Shown here piece after piece: positions 53,685 through 64,000 of a stretch of DNA of 64,000 nucleotides. The notes beneath the pieces are model-generated. The model had not been told where the DNA came from, ran no database searches, and saw nothing but the letters and a program-made list of their open reading frames with translations. Each line of letters starts with the position of its first letter. The first letter of the stretch is position 1. Source of the DNA: Eledone cirrhosa (Eukaryota); the NCBI GenBank assembly GCA_964016885.1, contig OZ024746.1, positions 79,298,001-79,362,000 on the forward strand. Reading direction: 5' to 3'. The position numbers and the translations under genes are program-made.

Positions 53685-55583
53685 ATGTGTGTGTCTATCT
53701 GTTTGTGTGCAGGTGTGTGTGTGTGTGTTTGCGTGTGTGTGTGCGCGTGTGTTTTATAAAAGTAGAATAAAACAAGAATTTCGCAATCGAAATGATTTTT
53801 TCTAAATCAATGTGAAGTAAAATGATCTGAAATAGGAATCGAAACAACTTTCCCTATATCGATTTCTAATATAGACATAAATAAGAAACGAATTAGTTTG
53901 ATAGGACAAGGGAAAAGAACCTGTTAACCTTCCATGTTTTTCTTTTCTTTCATAACCCTTTTGATACGAAACCAAATGAAACAAAACTGTTATTTTTTAA
54001 AAAGTATCTATCTAAAAATCTTCCATGGAATTTTAAGTAAGAACAGTTAATAAGTCATGATCCAGCTTAATGAGGAAAAAATTTGTTTCATTAACAAACT
54101 CTTCAAATTTTTGATTAATTACAAGATTTCTTCCGACATTATAGGCAGTAATTTCATTCAATATTGTAGGCACAATTAATATTACGTATGATTTATTTTT
54201 TTAACGTATATTCCGGAAGTAGTAAGTAGTGTGTAAGACCCATTACATTTCTACGGCCTTTGGAGATTGATGGGAGGAAGTAATCGTGGAACCGGAAATC
54301 ACATCGAATGCTTACAACTGGATAAACGTCGTTAAAGAGAACCGAAAAAACAATAGATGATATTTAAAGCTGGCGATGGATTATGTCTACCGCATAGGAA
54401 CACCGAAGTGAAAAAGCCGGATGAAATAACCATACATCGCCCAAGCAATTCCACCTCCACCATAGATTGGTACATTATTTTATCGCCCAGTGGTTTGCCA
54501 ATATTTAAATTAGATTAAAATAGATTCTTTTGTTATGGGAAGGTTTACACACACATCCACACATATTCGCACACACACACGGCCACACATACTCAAACAC
54601 ACACATATATATCATACATATATTTTTTACTATTTACTCACTGAGAAAGCACACTCATCATCAACAGGGTATCAGAGACTGGTGGTTGAGGAACGAAGTT
54701 GTGTTCAAAAGGTGAAGTTTCCCACTCGAGTTGATCACATTGGGATTTGAACTTCAACGTTATACTGCATGGAATCTTGTCCGACGCTCTAACAATCCGG
54801 CCAAATCTAGCTCTCTGGACTGATACTTATATTATCATCCGCCAACGGATGAAAGGTGAAGTTGACGTTGCTAGGATTTGAACTCAGAGTGCAGAGGGCC
54901 GAAAATAATACCATAAAGAATTTAGTACTAGGCTCTAATGACACTTCCAATTCACTGTGTATATGAATTTTTATATCTAGATAATAAAATAATAATGCAA
55001 ATAAGGATATTTTTAAACAACTACATTTTATTGGAAATACAGTCAACAATGGTTTTTTCTTTAAGGAGTACCCCAAACCCCCTAGAAAATACAGAGGGCA
55101 ATAAATCAATTTAGCATACAATCAGTCAACGAATGGTTTGGCGACATAAAGTCTGGCGAGAAAAAGGGACAGGCATCTGAGAAATACCGGCAACATGTCT
55201 AAAGGAAAACAAAAACCCATTGTATTGACACGCTATTGTTTTAAGGTGCCATGTGTTACAGCTCCCTGTATTATTTGGGTCTGTACAAATCTATTTTATT
55301 TGGATTAATATAGCTAATGTACCACCAAATACCTACGCTTCATAGAAACAACACTGAAAGTTACCCTCGTAAATAATTGTTTCTACTTTTGGCACAAGGC
55401 CAGCAATTAACCAGTGCATTACTGGTACTTTACCCTCGTAAATAATATGATCTGGGGTGAACGATAACGATTTCTATTTGGTCACAAATGTCTCAAATGT
55501 TGCTACACTGAATAAAATACAACATCCCATTTGCAATTTCGATGCCAGGTTGAACAGTCAACCCCCTCCCCTCTCTCTCTCTC

Positions 55584-55991
<408 letters not shown>

Positions 55992-55999
55992 GTACCTAC

Positions 56000-56062
<63 letters not shown>

Positions 56063-56266
56063 ATCATCTATCTATTTGTCTAGCTGCCTCTTTGTCTGGC
56101 TGTTTTTCATAAGGATGCGCGTTATCTATCGGCATATAAGTAATTATATTATGATATGAATATGATATACATACGTGTATATATGTGTACCTCTCCGTCT
56201 CCCTTTGTCTCTGTTTGTTTCTCTCTATATATATACATAAATACATATACACATATATATGACTAT

Positions 56267-56307
<41 letters not shown>

Positions 56308-56334
56308 AATACATATACACATATATATGACTAT

Positions 56335-56377
<43 letters not shown>

Positions 56378-56455
56378 TATGTAAGCATATATGTATATAT
56401 ATATATCCGGGGTTAAACATTTTCCTATATATATATATATATATATGCACATGTA

Positions 56456-56561
<106 letters not shown>

Positions 56562-57396
56562 TACATACATTCCTACATACATGCTTACATATGTCCAAAT
56601 CCCATCTCATAACGATACAATTTTCAAATGGTGGTCAGCCCTTTATGTTCATTCTGCTGTTCATGCTACGTTGCTGCATAGCTGCATAGCTGCATACGCT
56701 GAGATTGAATGCACTAATCGAATAAATAAATGAAGATAGTATGGAACAAAACAAAAACAAAAACAAAAACAAAAACAAAAACAAAAACAAAAACAAAAAA
56801 AATCAAAACAAAAAACAACAACAAAAACAGACCCCCTAAAAAAAAAAAATCAAAGAAAAACTACAAAGATAACTAAAAAAAAAAAAAATAAATAAAATTG
56901 CCAACACTATCCTTTTCTTTCTCACACAATTTTAGTAAAAGCATCGCTACAATGAATCCATTTTGTTTTTTTGTTAGCTGTAAGCTAGAAATGGCCAAGA
57001 TTAGATGAGTGTGAAAATATTATTTTTGCTGTTGTTTTTATTGTTGTTGTTTACCTGTCCTCATCCGTTTCTCACCTGCGGCATGGATTCCCATTACAAC
57101 ACTGTCATTTCCACTCTTGACTTTATCGTTATTTTTTTATGTTTATTATCATTATTATTATTTTTTATTATTTATTTTCTTTTTTTTGTTTTTCCGTTTT
57201 TATCACATTTTTATGTTGTTTTTTTTTTTTGCATTTAAACATTTTTTTTTTTCGGGTTTGCTATTATTTCTTTCTTTGAACCAAGTTACAATGTTTCCAG
57301 CACTGTCACAATCTACCCAGAGATGTCTACCTCGACTTTCTTCGTTCTTGTGGCCAGGCCTTCCATCTCTCTAAGTATTATATTATCCTTCTCTTC

Positions 57397-57432
<36 letters not shown>

Positions 57433-57463
57433 ATATATATACATATATATGTATGTGTATGTG

Positions 57464-57520
<57 letters not shown>

Positions 57521-57619
57521 GAAAGCTAGTGAGAAATACACGGATATACACACATTTATATGTATATTTATAAATATGTGTGTATCTATCTGTGATGTAT
57601 ATATCTAGCTATCTATCTG

Positions 57620-57661
<42 letters not shown>

Positions 57662-57692
57662 CACACACACATACATATATATGTATATATAT

Positions 57693-57723
<31 letters not shown>

Positions 57724-58019
57724 CATATGTATACATATGTATACACACACACGCACACATACATATATATACAAATTTGTGTGCGTATGTGTGTATTTCT
57801 CACAAGCTTTCCCTTTTATATCCCCCCCTTCCCCCCCTCCCCCTCTCTCTCTTTCTCTCCCCCTCTCTCTCTCTCTTTCTCTCCCTCCCTTTCTTTGTCT
57901 CCTTTTGTTTTTCCTTTTCCCCAGTGTATTATATATGTCCGTACCTATAGTTAATGTTTTGCAATCCAGCAACTACGCCGAGAACTATGAAACGACAAAC
58001 ACACACACAAATACAATTA

Positions 58020-58301
58020 TATGTATGTATATATGCATGTATATATATATGTATGTAAATATGTATGTATAAATGTATGTATGTCTGTATATATTTGTTT
58101 CTGTATGTATGTGTTTATGTATGTATATTAGTATTTATTTATGCATGTATATATGCATGTATGTATATATATATATGTATCTATATATGTATGTATAAAT
58201 GTATGTATGTCTGTATGTATTTGTGTGTGTATGTATGTGTTTATGTATGTATGTATATACGTATTTATGTATGTATGTGTGTATGTATATATGCATGTAT
58301 G

Positions 58302-58334
<33 letters not shown>

Positions 58335-58896
58335 ATATGTATGCAGTATACATGTATGTATGTCTGTATGTATTTGTGTATGTACGTATGTATGTGTTTA
58401 TGCATGCATGTATGTATATACTTGTGTATGTATGTATGTATGTATGTATTTGTGTATGTATGTATATATGTGTACATGTATGTGGATGTATGTGCATATA
58501 TATATATGTATGTGTTAAGTGAAAGAGACGTGTAGATGAGAAAGAGATAATACAGCCCGGAGAAAGAAAAAATACAATCAAAGAAAACAGACTTTACTAG
58601 TTAACTTATTTACTACCACTGACGTATGTATGTATGTATGTATGTATGTATGTATGTATGTATGTATGTATGTATGTATGTATGTATGTATGTACGTATG
58701 TATGTACGCATGTATGTATACATGTATGTATGTATATAAGTACGTATGTATATGTATATATGTATGTATGTACGTATGCATGAATGTATATGTGTGTGTG
58801 CATATTTGTATGTATGTATGCATGTATGCATATATGCATGTATGCATGTATGTATGTATACATGTATGTACGTATATATGTACGTATGCATGTATG

Positions 58897-58928
<32 letters not shown>

Positions 58929-59070
58929 TGTATGTATGTATGTATGTATGTATGTATGTATGTATGCATGTATGCATGTATGCATGTATGTATGTATGTA
59001 TGTATGTACGTATGTACGTACTTATGTATGTACGTATGTATGTATACATGTATGTATGTATGTAAGTACG

Positions 59071-59128
<58 letters not shown>

Positions 59129-59170
59129 CGTATGCATGTATGTATATGTATGTGTGTGTGTATATATGTA
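58020..59170. repeat. Degenerate (TATG)n fields
   Basis: Direct inspection; interrupted at 58520-58620. Confidence 0.93.
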
Positions 59171-59396
59171 GATATCAATTGAGTTGATATGAAAAGAGGA
59201 ATTGTTTATGCAATAACACATAGAGAAAATTGCATTTTAATGCTTCTGGAATGCCCACGTAAAACAAATAAAACAATTATATTCATATACATGCATACAT
59301 AAATACAAATACCTACGTACTTGTACATATATATGCGTATATAAATACAACTTTGATATGCATGTATAGTATATATATGTATATATATATATATAC

Positions 59397-59431
<35 letters not shown>

Positions 59432-59569
59432 CATATATAAATACAACTTTGATATGTATGTATAGTATATATATGTATATATATACTATGTATGTATATG
59501 TATATGCATATATAAATACAACTTTGATATGTATGTATAGTATATATATGTATATATATATATACATAT

Positions 59570-59608
<39 letters not shown>

Positions 59609-59669
59609 TATATAAATACAACTTTGATATGTTTCGGCCAGTATTGAACCAAGCCATCTCTTACTTAAT

Positions 59670-59740
<71 letters not shown>

Positions 59741-60189
59741 AGTATGTATATATATATGTATATATATATATATGTGTCTGTGTGTGTGTGTATTATTGTT
59801 AGTTGAAACTTCACTTCCCTTAACACCGAATTTCCTACTTTCTAGTTTTCGACGATAAGGTTCTAATGTCGTAAGAAGATAGGGTAAAACCCTTCCGTAA
59901 AGTGGACTATATCTACGAAAGCAAAAACTCATCATGGACGTGTTTCTAAATTCAATTATGTGTAACGGAAATGTTAAAATATGTTTGCCTTGTTAGCACT
60001 CTTTCCTTTACTTTGTATGGAAGGATGTTTAATCTACAATTGTTTAAACACATCTATGTCCTACAGATATTATTCCATCTGGAAATCGGATAACGCCTGT
60101 ACATGGGAAATCGGATAACGCCTGTACATGGGATAATGTCAAACGATTTACGACAGTAGAACTTCTTAACACATATTATTATCTCATAG

Positions 60190-60572
60190 TGTCGGATGCC
60201 ATGCTTTGACGCATAGAGTTACGGTCCTTGCCATTCTGAGTTCAAATCCCGCCGAGGTTAACTTTGCCTTTCATCCTTAGGCTAAGTTAACCTTGATGGA
60301 ATTTGAATTCGTAAAGAAGAGAGCCGAAACGAATACCGCAAATCATTCTATCCAACGTTCTAGCGATTCTGCCAACTCGCCGCCTCCCATGCATACAATT
60401 TTCATTATTATCTGATCTTGGCAGTGGATTGGCCAAGGGCGGTGGATTGGCAGTATCGGTAGAGGGTCGGACGCCATGCTTTGACCCATAGAGTTACGGC
60501 CCTCGATAAAATAAAGTACCAGTAATGCACTGGGATAATTGCTGGCCTTGGGCCAAAAGTAGAAACAATTAT
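60190..60572 (+). mobile_element. Cluster of partial family A SINEs (two plus-strand, one diverged minus-strand)
   Basis: GAGTTCAAATCCCGCCGAGG at ~60238; internally deleted copy 60435-60572. Confidence 0.75.
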
Positions 60573-61094
60573 TATCTCCCATCTTTTTTGTTTTACTTTT
60601 TTGTATTTCCTTTAATATTCATTCTTTTCTCATCCTCATTTCATTCCTCAGCCGTCTTCTTTCTGCCATTAGAACCTCAGAGCTGCAATTGCCATTTCAG
60701 TCATCCGATTCTGCAAACATTCAATCTACATTGGCTGTACATCCGACAAACATATGAACCGACTCGTATCATCAAACAGGATTACAAATCACCTACATGA
60801 ATACAATACTATAAACCTGCACACTGACAGAGCGTTATGTGAATAATCATGCCGACGCCTACGGCTAACCCTCTGTTATCCTACTACTAATGTGCACACA
60901 AGTGTAACAGAGTAATATTCTATGTTTGGATTAACTTGATCCTTGGACATATTTGGTGCTCAGATTAATTTCACTGCTATATACAGTGTATATATATAGT
61001 AATTGTTTCTACTTTAGGCACAAGGCCAGCAATTATCCAGTGCATTACTGGTACTTTATTTTATCGACCCCGTAAGGATGAAAGTGTATATATA

Positions 61095-61305
61095 TAGTAA
61101 TAATAATAAATGTGAAGACTAAAATCCGAAGAGGGCTCAATAAGGTTAATATACATATAAAAATATATATCAAACCGTAGAGCAAATATTTATTAAAATA
61201 ACATCAAAATTTAAGCAAATAATCTTCTTTTTTTTTAGTTTCAGAAGATCCCGTTAAGGGTGAACGCAACGATTCTTTGCTTAAAGTTTAATCTGTTATT
61301 TTAAT
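61095..61305 (-). mobile_element. Family H4 copy with inversion, in TA context
   Basis: Tail on the minus strand joined to inverted TAGTTTCAGAAGATCCCGTTAAGGGTGAA.. Confidence 0.72.
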
Positions 61306-61739
61306 ATATATATATATATACATTTGTATATTTATTGTGCATTCTGTAATTGTGTATTCCGATGCTAAACTCTTGCATTCGGATCTCTGAAGATTGCAAT
61401 CTGATTTTTAAACAGTATTCTGTACCCTACTAAAATATGTACAAAGTGACTTTGTTTTCGTCTCCAGTGATCCCCAAAGCGTGTACCAATTACACTTTAA
61501 TAGCAGTAGCCTTGGTATCCATCGTTGTAGTTCTTCCTTCACGGACCCATTGTTGTTCTTGAATCTGCTACTGTCTGCTACTCACCTATTCTTTTCCAGT
61601 GTTTGTTTACTTTAGCTAAAATGCTACAGCAGTTTCTTATTACCAATAATGTAACACTTTAGTATTTTGCCTTGTAAACACTCACAACTGAATTCAGTAC
61701 TGAACTCTGAATATGACATACCTTCAAGGTGGCCATTAA

Positions 61740-62020
61740 TATTTATAGGACCATGCCAATATAGAAATGATTTATTCCTGGGATGCTCTTTCTCATACTT
61801 CTTTTGAGAGCGTCACATGGGGCCATATATCCACTCACATCCATCTCTTTGTCTTATACCTTTTTCGCTTTAGGGCATAACACTATGGAGCGATGACTGT
61901 CTCCTCGTCCCCTCCACCTTTTTAAGCAATAGGTTTACTGTTACATGCACTTGACTCCGTCCAACGTATCAGACTTCTTGTTTACTACCAGAAAAAAATC
62001 TGCTTTAGCCGACATATTGA
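61740..62020 (-). mobile_element. Possible very old L1/Tx1 zinc-knuckle remnant
   Basis: Minus strand GDEETVI / SIVLCPKAKKV* across a frameshift; weak. Confidence 0.25.
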
Positions 62021-62234
62021 AACCTTATTTCACTTTTGAGAAGAAGACGTGCATACCTGTTTTCTTTGCCCCTCCCCAACGAAATCTTTGAGTAAAGATG
62101 TATAACCTCTCGTGGCATATCTTACATATTAAATCTTATTTTTGACATATCTATGTCTGCCTTGTGATTAGTGTGCTGTCAATAATGTTAATATTGGTAG
62201 TACTAGTCATGTTATTAGTGTATGTTTTATGCCA

Positions 62235-63215
62235 GGGCTGTGGATTGACAGAATCGTTATAGCATCGGACAACTGTTTATCAACATTTGTTTAGGTTCTT
62301 TAGGTTCTGACTTTCAATCTTACCGAGGACGACTTTGCCTTTCATCATTTAGAGATCGATAAGATAAAGTACTAGTTATGCACTATGTTCGATGTAATCG
62401 ATGTTTCTCCCCACAGAAACTGTTGGCATTGTATATCATTCTGGGGTAGATAAATTAATATACTAGTTAATAACTGGGGTCGATATCATCGATTTTCTTT
62501 TTCCTGAATTGCTGGCCTTGAGCCAATATTAGAAATATTAATTTTCAGTAATTTTCAAAAAAAAAAAAAAAAAAATTTCAGCGACTCTTCAAAGTGTTTT
62601 ATTTGATTTCTTTCCCCCTCCCATTATTATCATGTGGGTAAGGGTGGTAGATTGGTAGTATCGGTAGAGTCGGACACCATGCTTTGTAGCATAGAGTTAC
62701 GGCCCTTTATGGTCTGAATTCACATCCCTCCGAAGTTAACTTTACCTTTCATCCTTACAGGGTCGATAAAAATAAAGCACCAGTAATGTACTGGGGTCGA
62801 TTTAATCGACTTTCCCCTCCCCCAAATTACTGGCCTTGTGCCTATACTAGAAATCATTATAATCATGTGGGTATATAAAGTACCAGTAATGCACTGGATA
62901 ATTGCTGGCCTTTGTGCCAAATGTAGAAACAATTATTATCATGTGGGTATATTTCCGAGCCTCCACAATTGTATGACTGCTATGACTATTATCGGCCTTT
63001 GCCCCATAGCTATTCATAGACGTGAAACACTGCTTACAAAAGATATATAAGTATCTTAATCATGAACTGACAAGAAAGTTTAAATGAAAACAATTCTTCC
63101 ACCTTAAAAAGGAGAGAATTAAATCTCACATCATTCTTGACAGAGAGCACACGTAAAGCCTACTTGAAACAGTAGTTTGAATACAAGAAACCCTGTAGTG
63201 AGATCTGACTGCTTG

Positions 63216-63255
<40 letters not shown>

Positions 63256-63700
63256 ACACACACACACACACAAATATGATGGTATAATGGTTTCTGATTA
63301 AGGCACAAAGCCAACAATTTAGGGGATGGGAAAGTCGATTAAATCGACTTCAGTGAGTTACTGGCCTTTTATTTTATCGACCCCGTAAGGATGAAAGGCA
63401 AAGCTAACCTCGGCGGAATTTGAACTCAGAACGTAAAGGGTCGTAACTATATGCCTCAAAGCATGTTGTCCGATGCTCTACCAATACTACCAATCCAGCA
63501 CCCTCAAATATGATAGAACAATAATAATGGTTTTTAAATTAAGCACGAGCCTGCAATCGTTGATGCTTTCGAAGGTAAATTGATTATATTGATCATAATA
63601 CTTGATTGGTATTTTATTTCATCGATCCTTGAAAAATGAAAGGCAAATCTGTCCTCAGCTCTATTTGAACTTAGAGAGAAGAGAGTCGTAATACATACGG
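62235..63700. mobile_element. Cluster of family A SINEs (+ 62235-62540, + 62640-62940, - 63285-63503, - 63530-63700)
   Basis: A/B boxes and CTTTCATC..TCGATAA core in each. Confidence 0.8.
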
Positions 63701-63724
63701 CCGTACTAACAGTTTTGACATTAC

Positions 63725-63772
<48 letters not shown>

Positions 63773-63935
63773 CGATGACGACGAGGAGGAGGAGGAGGAG
63801 GTAGAAGAGGAGCAGGAGACTTATGGTGGTGTTGGTGTTGTTGAAGAGGAAAAGAGAAGGAGAAGGAGGTTCAAAAACTAGAGAGAGAAAGAGAGAGAGT
63901 GTGTGTGTGAGAGAGAGAGAGAGAGAAAAAGAGAG

Positions 63936-64000
<65 letters not shown>

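Noticed and set aside
59625-59672. Minus-strand GGC..GGCC-GAAA-CAUAUC half hammerhead
   Set aside because: CUGANGA too degenerate to call

Overview
Very repeat-dense, AT-rich eukaryotic DNA with no supportable host protein-coding gene, so probably intronic or intergenic. The microsatellite load and the tRNA-SINE types suggest an octopus (cephalopod) genome; this is an inference. Nearly all ORFs in the supplied track are microsatellite artefacts. Real content: a full-length but decayed R4/Dong-clade LINE (RT + CCHC + restriction-like endonuclease, 15.2-19.3 kb, minus) inside (TACA)n, plus deletion derivatives; a 5'-truncated L1/Tx1-type LINE inside (TATC)n; RTE 3' ends; a non-autonomous RTE-like family with a conserved structured 5' end; two abundant tRNA-SINE groups; a 5S rRNA fragment; and minisatellites. 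The most notable signal is RNA structure. About ten sequence-diverse type I hammerhead ribozyme (HHR) cores, one canonical (33201-33238) and others degenerate, lie in short Penelope-like (PLE) 3'-end remnants, mostly in or next to (TA)n. Many remnants carry fold-back inversions, some turning at the apparent HHR stem II. An unexpected HHR-like motif also lies in the 5' UTR of both 5'-complete R4/Dong copies. All structures were folded by eye and none is experimentally validated.
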